This document shows positions 35,199 to 47,960 of a stretch of 64,000 nt of DNA, piece by piece. The translations under genes and the position numbers were made by a program. The notes under the pieces were generated by a model. That model was not told the DNA's origin. It saw only the letters and a program-made list of their open reading frames with translations, and ran no database searches. Positions within the stretch are counted from its first letter, which is position 1. Every line of letters begins with the position of its first letter. The DNA is taken from the NCBI RefSeq assembly GCF_001194135.2, contig NC_068989.1, forward strand, positions 9,127,960 through 9,191,959. The letters run 5' to 3'. The stretch is from Octopus bimaculoides. Its lineage: Eukaryota.

Positions 35199-35689
35199 TA
35201 TAATGCAAGACTTAGCAATTATGAAATTTGTCAGACTTTTAATTGTGAGTTGCTTATGTGGAAAGCTGATTAGTGAAGTAGCTTGGTGTAATTATAATTA
35301 CTGGATATATAAAAAGCATCTTATTTGACATAAAGTTCTGTTAAGAACTATTAATGGATATTAATCTAGGGGCCATGAAGAGACTTCAAGAACAGGACTG
35401 AGATACCTGGCGCCTAGCTGTACTCAAGAAAACCCATCTGCCTCAGTAGAAGCATTAAGGCTGTATTCCTTGGTGAAGAGAATTGGCATGCAAGTCCAGT
35501 GTGGGTGCCATGTAAAAAGATTAGTGCCAGTGCCACAGAAAAGCGCTTGTGCAGGTGCCACATATAGAAACCAAGCCAAATCAGACTGGAACTTGGCACA
35601 GCTCTCTGGCTTGCCAGCTCTGGTCAAACTGTCCAACCCAAGCCAGCATGGAAAATGGGGGTTAAAGGATGATGGTTATGATGCAGTTA

Positions 35690-36080
35690 TCTTTCACCTG
35701 AGATCTTTTGTTTCTGTCATTGAACTGTGGCCATGCTGGGGCACTGCCTTGAAGGGTTTAGTTGAATAAATCAACTCTAGTTTATATTTTTTTAGTCTGG
35801 TACTTATTCTATTGCTGTCTTTTGCTGAAATGTTAATTTACAGGGATGTAAACAAACTGACACCAGTTATGAAGCAGTGACAGTAGACAAAAACAAGCAC
35901 AAAGAAACACACACACACACACATTTTATGGGCATCCATACTGTTTCTGTCTACCACATTCACTCACAAAACATTGGTCAGCCTGGGGCTATAACAAAAG
36001 GCACTCACCCAAGGTTCCACAAACCAGGACTGAACTCAAACCACATGGTTGCAAAACAAGCTTCTTAACCACTCAGCCAC
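35690..36080 (-). mobile_element. SINE family A, diverged, near full length
   Basis: GAACTGTGGCCATGCTGGGGCACTGCC at the 3' end through CTTAACCACTCAGCCAC at the head. Confidence 0.75.
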
Positions 36081-36589
36081 AAAAAATGAATATTTTAAAA
36101 ATGTAAAATGAAAATCAAATGGAAAGCTATTAAGGAAATTTATGTCGTAGATGTTTGACATCTATGACAAAATATTGCTGTCTGGGAATCAAGCCAAGCC
36201 CAAATAAACGTCCACAGCATTTATCAAAATAACCAACACTCATCTATATTTTACTGAGAGAATTTTACTTTCAAGCAAACAAATCCTCTACTCTGGGCCC
36301 ATAAGAGACTGGAATCAGATTGTACATCAGCTGAAAGCTTTGAGAACCAAGGTGACCCCATGACTATCTGCCGAGTCTCTCCCTAAAAACAGCAGTGACA
36401 TCCATTTTTGAGAGGATATATACATATATGTTNNNNNNNNNNNNNNNNNNNNNNNNNNNNNNNNNNNNNNNNNNNNNNNNNNNNNNNNNNNNNNNNNNNN
36501 NNNNNNNNNNNNNNNNNNNNNNNNNNNNNNNNNNNNNNNNNNNNNNNTCCCTAAAAACAGCAGTGACATCCATTTTTGAGAGGATATAT

Positions 36590-37100
36590 ACATATATGTT
36601 TCTGTAGATAAGAATATATATGTGTATACAGATAAAAATATATTTGTGTATGTTGATAAGGATATATGTGTGTATACAGATAAAAATATATATGTGTCTG
36701 TAGATGAGAATATATACATGTATGTGGGAAAGGATATATATGTGTATGTGGATAAAAATATATGTGTGTATGTGGAACAGGATATATGTGTATGTAGATA
36801 AGAATATATATGTGTATACAGATAAAAACATACATGTGTCTGTAGATAAGAATGTATATATGTATGTGGATAAGAATATATATGTGTCTGTAGATATGGA
36901 TGTACATGTGTTTCCAGATAAAAATATATGTGTATGTAGAAAAGAGTATATATGTGTATGTAGATAAGAATATATATGTGTATGTAGATAAGAATATATA
37001 TGTGTATGTAGATAAAAATATATATGTATATGTAGATAAGAATATATATGTGTATGTAGATAAAAGATATATATATGTGTATGTGGATAAAAATATATTG
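36590..37100. repeat. 24-bp minisatellite (TAGATAAGAATATATATGTGTATG), about 20 units
   Basis: Direct reading; gives the STYTYIFL 8-aa periodicity in the ORF track. Confidence 0.95.
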
Positions 37101-37639
37101 TTGCTATTATGTAAAAGTGTTGTATGTCCAAAATGTTGCTTTTTCAGAAAATGAAAAAACAGATTCACCATTCCATTTCTTTTTACATTAGCAACAGTTT
37201 CAGCTTAACAAATAATACTTTGTTGGGTGCAGAAAATCCTAACACCATTCAGGATGTTTCCAGTAAGAAATATTTTTACAAAACGGTCGTATGTGGGTCT
37301 CACTACACTTTTGAAAAATGCTAAACCGTTGTACTATACTTTGATAATTTTCATCCGAAGCAGCTGAAGATACAATAGTTTGACCAAAAGAACTGGTTAT
37401 TGCAAGCAAAATTAAATATTGGAAAAAATGCACTTGGCCAAATTTGGATATACAATAGTTTAACATAATAGCAATGATATATATGTATGTGGATAAGAAT
37501 ATATATGTATATGTGTGTGATCCTGGCAATGACGATGATGATGGTGATGACGGCATTGATGATGATGGCAATATGTCCTGAAGGTTTTGGAATTTCTACC
37601 AAATCCATATTGCATTCAATACAATACTGTTTATAAGTT

Positions 37640-37857
37640 GGGGAGCAGGCAAAAACGTTAGCACGCTGGGCGAAATGTTTAGCGGTATTTCATTTGTCAT
37701 TACATTCTGAGTTCAAATTCCACCAAGGTCAACTTTGCCTTTCATCCTTTTGGGATTGATAAATTAAGTACCAGTTGTGTACTGAGATTGATCTAATTGA
37801 CTGGGCCCCACCCTGCTCCCCAAACATTTTGGGCCTTGTACCTAGAGTAGAAAAGAA
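37640..37857 (+). mobile_element. SINE family B, near full length
   Basis: GGCAAAAACGTTAGCACGCTGGGCG head, GAGTTCAAATTCC B-box-like motif; other copies near 10.3, 10.5, 17.6, 21.8 and 32.7 kb. Confidence 0.75.
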
Positions 37858-38089
37858 TACAATACTGTTTATATGTTTTATTTTTTACCTGTTATCTTGT
37901 TTCAGTCCCTGAACTGTGGTCGTGCTGAGAGATTGCCTTGAAGGGTTTAGTCAAAACAATCAACCCCCAGGACTTCAGATTTTATGTCTGGTACATATTC
38001 TATCAGTCTCCTATGCCAAACTACAAAGTTATGGTGGACATAAACAAACCAACACCAGTTGTCGAGCAGTGGGTGGTCAAGTACTGACC

Positions 38090-38387
38090 ACAGCTGGTGC
38101 CATGTAAAAAGCATCCATGCCATGAAAGAAAAGTACCCATCATGGTACCACATCAAAAGCACCTGTGCTGGTGCCATGTATAAAGCACTGGTGATGGTGC
38201 CACATCAAAAGCACCCAGTCCACTCTGCAAAGTGGTTGGCATTAGGAAGGGCATCCAGCCATAGAAACCATGCCAAAACAGACATGAAGCCTGGGCAGCT
38301 CTTCAACTGACCAGCTCTGGTCAAACTGTCCAACCCATTCCAGCATAGAAAACAGACATTACATGACGACGATGATGATGATGATGA
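38090..38387 (+). mobile_element. RTE 3' UTR fragment abutting a minus-strand SINE A 3' part (37880-38090)
   Basis: Repeated GGTGCCA..TAAAAGCAC units, shared tail and (GAT)n. Confidence 0.75.
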
Positions 38388-39221
38388 TATATATATATAT
38401 CCTATAAATAATAAAAGTAATATTTTTATAAGCTTAAAGCTTATAAGCGATCACCGTGCAATGACTAAAGAAAATAGTCTAATATTTTTTAGTAATTGCA
38501 TGATGATTACTTACAAGCTTTCAGCTCAGAAAAATATTATTATTATTATTTACAGAATTGCAAAAATTGACAGAGCATACCAAAAGCCACCAATACATAC
38601 ATGCATACATACATACATACAGATACACATGTATTCATACATATATAATGGGCTTCCTCACAGTTTCTGCCGACTAGTTGCCCCACCAAAAAATCTAAGC
38701 TAAGAGCATTAGACCCCTTTGTAAGAAACCTATCATGTGAGCATTTATTTCTGAGGAATATTTTACTGAAGGAGAGCTGTTTCAAATTTTTATCAAATTG
38801 CATAAGAAAGAGAGCAGAATAATTAATACAGCAAGGAAATGTATGTATTTTCACTAATTTTTTTCAGATAACTAATTTATCATCTTGCATACGCAGACAC
38901 AAAAAATGAGAAACAACATCAATTCCCATAGATCACACATGGTTAAATGTATTGATATTGTCACATCGACATCTAGACATCTAGGTAGATAAATGTAGTG
39001 ATATATAACACCATATCAACACAGACAGATATTGTGGATATTCGTTACAGCTATTTATATGTGTATCGAAATAAAAACTAATTTGCATCTTATACTTCAA
39101 GAGACAGGGAATAATGTCTATCTGAGAAAATTAGTTATTACATGCCACAACTTCTACCACCACTATCGCTGCTGCTGCTGCTACTACTACTACTACTATG
39201 CTGAAACTTCCTTTGGTCATG

Positions 39222-39535
39222 ACTGACCATGGGATTGCACTTAGAAAGTAACCCTTCAAGGCACATGTCGGGGCAAGGTTGTTTATGGAAGACCAGTAGT
39301 CACCCATGCATACCAGCCCCCCCTCTCCACACCACCAATGTCATCAAAGGGAATGGCAAAGGCCGATACAGCTTGGCACCAGTGACATCGCAACTCATTT
39401 CTACAGCTGAGTGAAACTGGAGGAATGTGAAATAAAGTGTCTTGCTCAAGAACACAACATGCAGCCCAGTCCGGGATTCAAAGTCACAACCTCGCAATTG
39501 TAAGCTTGACACTCTAACCACTGAGCTATGCAGTT
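39222..39535 (-). mobile_element. tRNA-derived SINE, family D
   Basis: Minus-strand head GCATAGCTCAGTGGTTAGAGTG...TTTGAATCCCGG, then TTCTTGAGCAAGACACTTTATTTCAC core; a related head lies at 57325-57600 (+). Confidence 0.75.
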
Positions 39536-39589
39536 GTCAAGCAATGTTGTGGGAGACACACAAACACACATATATATACATATACATAT

Positions 39590-39760
39590 ATACAACGGGC
39601 TTCTTTCAGATTCTGTCTACCTACCAAATCCACTCACAAGGCTTTGGTCGGCCGAAGGCTATAGTAGAAGACACTTGCTCTAAGTGCCATGCAGTGAGAC
39701 TGAACCCGGAACCATGTGGTTAGTAAGCAAGCTACTTACCACACAACCACTCCTGCATGA
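39590..39760 (-). mobile_element. SINE family A 5' half
   Basis: ACGGGCTTCTTTCAG...CTTACCACACAACCACTCCTGC. Confidence 0.85.
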
Positions 39761-39859
39761 AATATATGCATATTTGCCAAACCTCTTTCAGTTTCCTTCA
39801 ACCAAATCCACCGAGAAGGCTTCTCTATTGGAAAAGGCATCTGCTAGAACAAGATACCT

Positions 39860-40230
39860 ACTGTTACTTATTAAAATCAAAGCAAGATTGAAAATGGTGC
39901 AGGTTATTTACATAATAGTACAATATTGATGGCCCAGCATTAAATACTAAACTACCAATACAGTGTGTGTTATGAACTGAATAATAAGTAAATTTATTAT
40001 AAAGCTTAACTCTGGAGTCTTTGAGTGGAACTTGCTATAGGGCAAGAAAGATCTGAGGTTGCTACTCTTGTGTTTTTATGTTTGATTTGGTGTACTCCTA
40101 GTGTCCTAATATTAGTCACTGTGGGATATTTCCATGCAACTATATCTAACTTTAGCGTTATGTTTATTAAAGAGTTTGTGATATTTATGTCTGATAGAAA
40201 ATATTATTTTTCTAAACTTATAATACATAT
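39860..40230 (-). mobile_element. Decayed PLE fragment, same type as the 4.1-kb copy
   Basis: Minus strand 40189-40133 reads HKYHKLFNKHNAKVRYSCM; weaker downstream CIG and NNLHHFQSCF. Confidence 0.75.
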
Positions 40231-40675
40231 ATCTTAAAATCTAAAACATTTTATTTCCCCCAAATGTACCCAACTTAAATATTACTGAAGAAACTCATAT
40301 AAACTGCAGAAAAATATTAACAATGTTTCTGGGTTGAGTGTAAAAGAAAAAAAATACATTTATCAAATTTTTGAGAACTTGTTCTTTACATAAAGATAAA
40401 GATATGCAGTTAGAGACAATTCAATAGGAAACCATAACTTCTACTGTATACTTCCTCTTCTATCTATTCTTTGTGTATCTGTATACATCTTTTTATCATG
40501 ATGTAGAGACAGGTAGTCACAAAAAGAAAAAAAATATTGATAAATATAGACTATATTTTTTTCATTCAGTTCCATTGTTATCTTTTTGTGCTTTCTATAT
40601 GAGTGCGTATACATGCGTATGTTCATATATATATATATTATACAGATACATGTATATTATACATATATGTATGTA

Positions 40676-40715
<40 letters not shown>

Positions 40716-40782
40716 CACACAAGCATGTGTCTATGTGTATATACATATATATATTTATATACATATACATATGCACACATAT

Positions 40783-40839
<57 letters not shown>

Positions 40840-41062
40840 TATACACATATAAGTTTATACATACATATATATCATTCCAAATGTAAGCAAACTTTAACTA
40901 TAAACAAGTCTAAACAAATGTTTTTGTCTGACTTAATTAATATCTATCTATGTATACATACCTACATACATACATGCAGTGAGACATATCTGCCTACATA
41001 CATACATGTGTGTGTATATATATGTGAGTGTGAGTATATATATAGATATATGTGTGTGTGTG

Positions 41063-41107
<45 letters not shown>

Positions 41108-42474
41108 TATTATTTCAGTATTTATACATATATGTACAGATACATATACACATTTTTATATTTGTATTCTACATGTATACATACAAATATATTCTATTCT
41201 AATAATATTGTCATAGAATTTCGTATGAAAGAAGTATAGTGATAACAACATATTTACCATACAGACTGATATCTTGTGTCAATCACTAAACCATAAACTT
41301 GTATCGAAGCCTTACTTTACTCATTCTGGAGTTTTTAAAAAAAATAAATAAATAAAAGGTAAATAAATAAATAACTTGGTTATATATTTGTCTTTTTTTT
41401 TACTGGGTGGGGTGGGGGTTCAACAGGATTTCCAAGTGACACAACTTTGTATTCTGTTGCTGCAGAGATCATATCAGATATTCTTGAAGAAGTCCTACCT
41501 ACCTTCTCTTCAGGGATGAAATATAATATAATAAAGTCAAGATTTAACATAATTCCAACTGGAAACAGTAGCAAACATTTCCATGTGTATATGTAAGTGC
41601 ATGTGATACATATAGGTACACATCTGCATACACATACACACACACACACACACACATATATACATATACATACACATACATACATACATACACACACACA
41701 CGTATATGTATATATGTTCATAAACATATATATACACATATATATACATACATGCTTATACATATACATATATATAGATATATATATATACATGCATCTA
41801 CATATACATACACATATATATATATATGTACATATATATGCATATACATACATATATATATACATATACATACAGATACATGGACATACATATATACATA
41901 CATATACATATATANNNNNNNNNNNNNNNNNNNNNNNNNNNNNNNNNNNNNNNNNNNNNNNNNNNNNNNNNNNNNNNNNNNNNNNNNNNNNNNNNNNNNN
42001 NNNNNNNNNNNNNNNNNNNNNNNNNNNNNNNNNNNNNNNNNNNNNNNNNNNNNNNNNNNNNNNNNNNNNNNNNNNNNNNNNNNNNNNNNNNNNNNNNNNN
42101 NNNNNNNNNNNNNNNNNNNNNNNNNNNNNNNNNNNNNNNNNNNNNNNNNNNNNNNNNNNNNNNNNNNNNNNNNNNNNNNNNNNNNNNNNNNNNNNNNNNN
42201 NNNNNNNNNNNNNNNNNNNNNNNNNNNNNNNNNNNNNNNNNNNNNNNNNNNNNNNNNNNNNNNNNNNNNNNNNNNNNNNNNNNNNNNNNNNNNNNNNNNN
42301 NNNNNNNNNNNNNNNNNNNNNNNNNNNNNNNNNNNNNNNNNNNNNNNNNNNNNNNNNNNNNNNNNNNNNNATATATATATATATATATATACATACGTAC
42401 ATATACATACGGATATATATATACATATGCATACATACATATACATGCATATATGTATACGTACATATATATAT

Positions 42475-42513
<39 letters not shown>

Positions 42514-42796
42514 TACATATATGTATACATACATATATGTATACATACATATATATACATATATACATACATGCATAGACACATATGCAATGTGTGTGAG
42601 TGTGCTAGTATGCATGTATATTCATGATTATATTTCTATGTGCACATGCATATATGTGTCTACGTGCATGGCTGTCCGTGTGTCCATCTATTGTCATTTA
42701 GTTTTGTTGTCTGCAGGTTTGCCTTATTTATTTATCCTTTGACTCTATTTTTTAAATTTTTTATTTGTTTTTATTTTTTTCTTAATTGTTTTTAAC

Positions 42797-42832
<36 letters not shown>

Positions 42833-45105
42833 CATTATTATTTTTTTATATGATTGGAATTCTAATGGGGTTATCATTGAATTCTTTACAATTGACTACC
42901 ATTTTGATGTAGTGCCATCACATGTTTTGTCATCGTCATCATCATTGTCGTCGTCATCGTCAGCTTCATCGTCGTCGTCATTGTGATTATGATTGTCATT
43001 GTGGCTACCACCATCCTCTTCGTCATTGCCCTCATCACCATCATCATCATCATCATTGTCGTTATCATCAGCATCACTAAGTGGTCCCATCATCATTGTA
43101 ACCCCTTACCTACCCTCAACACAAACGCCTATCAACAGCCATCATCATCATCATCTTCATCCAACCACACACACACACACACACACAAATTTCATTTTCT
43201 TTTTGTAATTGTCATTGCTATTGTTGTTATTTTTATTGTTACCGTCGCTGTCGCTATTATCGTTGTTGTTGTCGTCATCGTCATCATCGTCGTTGTTGTT
43301 GTTGTAATGTTTTGAAGTATGACACGCATTTGTAATGCAAATGAGTTTCGCTAATGAAGTTTTCCTTGCAGAGAATAAACTATTTATGGAGGAAATGGTC
43401 CTGTTGCTTTCTTGACCGAAGCTTCAGAGTTCACCAGTGAACGAAAGAGAAAGAGACGGAGAGGGAACAAACGACAGAGTATGGGGAGAATAACAAGCAA
43501 ATTTAGTTAATGCTTCAACATTCACTCTCATGTCTCTACACCATCATATAACTGAATTTCAACCGACCTCTGTATTCTTTCGTTCTTTTCTTTCTTTTGT
43601 TCTGTTTCAACTTGCTTTCTTATTTTTCCGTTTTTCTTTTTTACTTTCATCCTTTTTTCTTTCCTTCCTCTCTTCTTTCCACCTTATTTCTTTCCTTCCG
43701 TCTTTTTTCAAATTAATTCTTCCTTTTCTATTTTTCCTTCTTTCATCCATTTTTTTTTTTGGTTCTTCTCTGTTTGTTCATTTGTTTTTTTATTCTTTTG
43801 TTGCTATTGTTTTTTTTTATTTTAATACATATATTTTTATGATTATCATTTTCTCTTTCTCTTTCTACCTCTCTGTCTCTTCTTTCTTACTTTCCTTCTT
43901 TCTTTCAATTATCATAACTTAAACATTTTTGGTCTGTTAATTTCCTCTGTTTCGTACCCCTACCCATTTCCTGACATAACCAAACTGATAAGAATCAGCA
44001 CCCTGCAAGATGTCCACATCTTTCTAGTTCTGAAGACATCTAGAAAGCCAGGATTTAATATGGCAATGACTCGGATTGTAGTCTTTTTTCTTTCTTTTTG
44101 TTTTTGTTGTATTATTATAATATGCAAAACTTTGATCAATTTAATTTGAAAATTCAAATGAAGTCAGTCAGTACCGATGGGAAATGCTTCAACCCAGTTA
44201 GAGGACCGATCTGATTATGACAGGAATAATCCAAGAGATTTTCTTCGCTAACTTTATTTCTTTCTCTATTGCACTTTCTCCCTCTGTCTGTCTATCTCTA
44301 TCTGTCTATGTATGTATGTATGTATGTATCTATCTATCTATCTATCTGTCTTCCTATCTATCTATCCATCTAGCTATCTGTCTTCCTATCTATCTATGTA
44401 TCCATGTATCTATGTATCCATGTATTTATCTATCTATCTATCCATGTATCTATCTGTCTATTTATCTATCTACCTATCCATTTATCTATCTATGTATCCA
44501 TGTATGTATGTGTATGTATCTATCTATCTGTCTATCTATCCATCTATCTATCTGTCTGTCTATCTATGTATCTATCTATTTGTCTGTCTATCTATCTTCC
44601 TATCTATCTGTCTATCTATCTTCCTATCTATCTATCTGTTTGTCTGTCTGTCTGTCTCAAGTTCTTATTGTGCCGGTGTTTATCTATTTATTCTTCATTT
44701 TTTCTTCATTTTCTCATTCCAATCCTCTGTCTATCTACCAAACTACTTAAATGCTTCTATGAAGCTGCAATCAACGAGTTCAGACTGTCCCCACACCCTC
44801 CTTTCCAAGGTGCAGGGATAGTAAGGAATGTTCCCCTTGCTATACTATACTGAAGATTATCATTAAAATGAGCTCCAACAATGCCAGCTCCCCATCACAA
44901 CTGGAGCCTGTCGAGCACAAATATGACGATGGCAAACATTCTGATAGGATAACCTCATTTGTTTTTATTCAAGAGGGAATATTGCTCATCTAGGTCTCCA
45001 CATGTTGTAGCATATTTTCCAGTGTCAATTTTGTTCCATTCAACCTTAGAACCAAGAGCTGTTGTCCAATATTCAAAGCAGCAGAAGATGACTAATTATA
45101 AATCA

Positions 45106-45335
45106 TTAATTCTTTTGTTACCATCTTTTCTGTCGAAATACACAACTTTTGTTTCAATTAATTTTCAAAATAATGAAAAATTTAGAAAAAGTAATTTTGT
45201 TTTTGTTAATCTGATGTTTAGGACACAATTTTTTTTAAAAATCTTGCTGGTACATTTTGATTTAAATCACTTAAAAACTAGAAGTTTGTATCAAAGAACT
45301 GGCAGTCTCAGGCGGATTGGTATCAAAAGGGTTAA
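45106..45335. mobile_element. piggyBac-type MITE family 1 (inverted relative to 17066)
   Basis: TTAA|TTCTTTTGTTACCATC ... TTGGTATCAAAAGGG|TTAA. Confidence 0.75.
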
Positions 45336-45921
45336 AAGACAAATTCCTTTCTTGTGCGTTGTTGCAGCCTTCAATGCCCTCAGTCCCCAAAAATACCACT
45401 CTCTACTGCTGGAGGTAAAAAAACCCTGAGGTGGAGTTGCTGATGCAGCAGATATTGCTGGCTCTTCTTTGTGACAACATTTTTGCAGCCCTATTCACAA
45501 AGCTTGAGATAAATTATTCAACAGGAAATGTAGAATTTGTTGGTTTATTTCAATAAAACTATTTTTTTTATTTAACAATCCATTTATTTATGTATTGCAT
45601 GTTCAGTTTATAACTTCATTCTTTCTCTTTCTCTTTCTCTTTCTCTCTCCCTCTCTCCCCTCTCTCTCTCTTTTCCACTCTCTTATGTTTTCCTTGTCTT
45701 TCTATCTTCTGTTTCATTCTTTCAATAAATTATATATTCTTTTATTCTCTTGCTTGTTTCAGTCATTAGACGGCAGCCATGCTCGAGCATCACCTTCAGT
45801 CGAACAAATCAACCCCAGGACTTATTCTTTTGTAAGCCTACTACTTATTTTATCAGTTTTTTTGATAGATCGCTAGCCACTACACACATTTTTTTTTCTC
45901 TCCTTGTTTCTTTCTATGTTC

Positions 45922-45957
45922 CTTTCTGTGGAAGAGCGTAGGCTCGAAACATTAAAG
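45922..45957 (+). ncRNA. Minimal hammerhead motif, U6-variant family, inside a PLE-terminal-like element (~45880-46050)
   Basis: CTTT-CTGTGGA-A-GAGC-GTAG-GCTC-GAAA-C-ATT-AAAG; flanks homologous to the 6325-6505 element (TCCTGAGC..ACTAATACA..CGTCTTTTGTTTTTT). Confidence 0.65.
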
Positions 45958-46474
45958 ACTTTTTCAAATCCTGAGCGTTATACTAATACATCTGTTTGTT
46001 TTCTACACCACCTGTCTTCGTCTTTTGTTTTTTGTTGTGAATTCTCCCTATATATATATATATATATGTGCATGTGTTTTCATTCTCTTTGGAATTACTT
46101 CTTTTCGTGGTTTGGGTTTGGCTGCCCTCTAGCATGTAAGGTGTCCTGTAAAGGGTTGCCTCTGTGTATAAATACTATATACTTTAATATATGAAAATAT
46201 GTAGTCTATTGACTTTTATTACACATGCTAACCACCGGTATGAACATTTTTCTAAATTTTCTACCCTTATAATTTTCACAATAAAATATATATATATATG
46301 TATGTATATATATATACATATGTATGAATGTAGAATATGAGGGGGTTTAGTTCACTGGTGATCTAAATAAATAGGTACGCTGTGTAAGTGCTATATATGG
46401 TCATCCGTTAGGTTCCAAGTTCACAGCTGAGGCTGGAGCTAAGGGTTCGTAATAGGCTTTCGAGTTGGCAGGTG

Positions 46475-46973
46475 TATATTAGAGGAAAGAGGACAACAAA
46501 AAACAAAGCAGGATGAGTATCTCAAGTCATTTAGAATATTTAATTAAAGTAAGGTGAATTTGAGGTAATTATCTATTTATTTAATTAATTAATTAATTAT
46601 TGAATATCTTAGAGCTGTTAGAAGAATACAGACAAGATCTGTATTCTTCTATCTACTGCTTTACTCTTTATTCTTCTATCGACTGCTTTAATCTTTATTC
46701 TTCTATCGACTATTTTATTCCTTTATAAACTGTGAATTCCCTGTCTAGAACTTTCATACTTACTCATCATGTCTGTGATGACAGAATACCCAATGTATGG
46801 AGATGCTAATCTATCACTTGGGATATTCCAGAAACAGCTGTAAGACATCCAATAATTAATTAACTAATTAAATAATTAATTACCTCAAATTTACCTTACT
46901 CTAATTAAATATTCTAAATGACTTGAGATACTCATTCTGCTTTGGTTTTTGTTGTCTTTTGTCCTCTAATATA
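46475..46973. mobile_element. TA-flanked MITE with ~145-bp TIRs and an internal 24-bp triple repeat
   Basis: TATATTAGAGG...GAGCTGTT (46475-46620) is inverted at 46832-46973; TATTCTTCTATC(T/G)ACT occurs three times at 46641-46715. Confidence 0.85.
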
Positions 46974-47449
46974 TGTATGTATGTATGTATGGATGTATGT
47001 ATGTATATATCTGTGTGTGTGTGTGTGTGTGTGTGTGTCTTTGTGTCTATGTTCCCCTCCCCCACCATCACCACTTGACAGTCAGTCTTGGTGTGTTTGC
47101 ATCCTTCTAACCTAGCAGTTCAGCAAAAGAGACTGATAGAATAAGAACTAGGCTTTAAAAATTAAGTCCTGGAAGGGGTGGGGTCGATTTGCTTGACTAA
47201 AGCCCTTCAAGGCAGTGTTTCAGCATGGCTGCAGTCAAATGACTGAAACAAGTAAAAGAATAAAAGAAAAAGAAACAAATATATATATATCATCCCCATC
47301 ATCATCATCATCATCGTCATCGTCAGTAGAATATGTACTAGGCTTACAAAGAATGAGTGCTGGGGTCGATTTGTTCGACTAAAGGCAGTGCTCCAGCATG
47401 GCCACAGTCAAATGACTGAAACAAGTAAAAGAATAATAAAACACCATTA

Positions 47450-47960
47450 TGCATACGGATGCAGACCGCTGCATCATGAAGTGCCAATCTCTAATGTGTA
47501 GAAATAGTAGACTGAAAAAGACGAGGGACAAAGTGGTGAGAAATGATCTTCAGATGTTGAACCTCACAGAGATGACAATAGACTGAGGTTTCTGGTGGTT
47601 TGTTGTGTTTGAGAAGACAAATCAAGTCAAGTAAAATCGTGGTTTTCTATACATACAGGCATGTCCTCTGTCCCGTTCTCAGCAGAGATAGACCCTACTT
47701 TAGCGGGCTTGTAGGTGCTGGAGCCATGTGAAAGCAACTGTGCCAGTGATGCCTAAAAGTGCCCATGCTGGGGTGGGGTGGGGGAGGGCATGTAAAAGTG
47801 CGTGTGCCATGGATAAATGTCATATTAAGAGCAACATGAGCTTTCTATAAAGTGGCTGGCTTAAAGAAGGGCACCTAGCCATGGAATCATGCCTGAACAG
47901 ACAATTGGAGCGAGAGCAGCTGTCTAGCTGACCAACTCCTGTCAAACAGTCCCACCCATG
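47450..47960 (+). mobile_element. RTE LINE 3' end followed by a (GAT/GGT)n tract to ~48072
   Basis: HTDADRCIMKCQSL...KTRDKVVRNDLQMLNLTEMTID* followed by the shared UTR. Confidence 0.75.

Noticed and set aside
36380-36600. Exact duplications flanking gaps (36380-36432/36548-36600; 51935-52035/52323-52423; 85-bp repeat at 21801-21970)
   Set aside because: Identical overlaps on or next to N runs are typical scaffolding artefacts.
36590-37100. Regular 24-bp array considered as a CRISPR-like or repeat-protein locus
   Set aside because: It has no unique spacers and is a microsatellite-derived head-to-tail minisatellite in a eukaryotic context.
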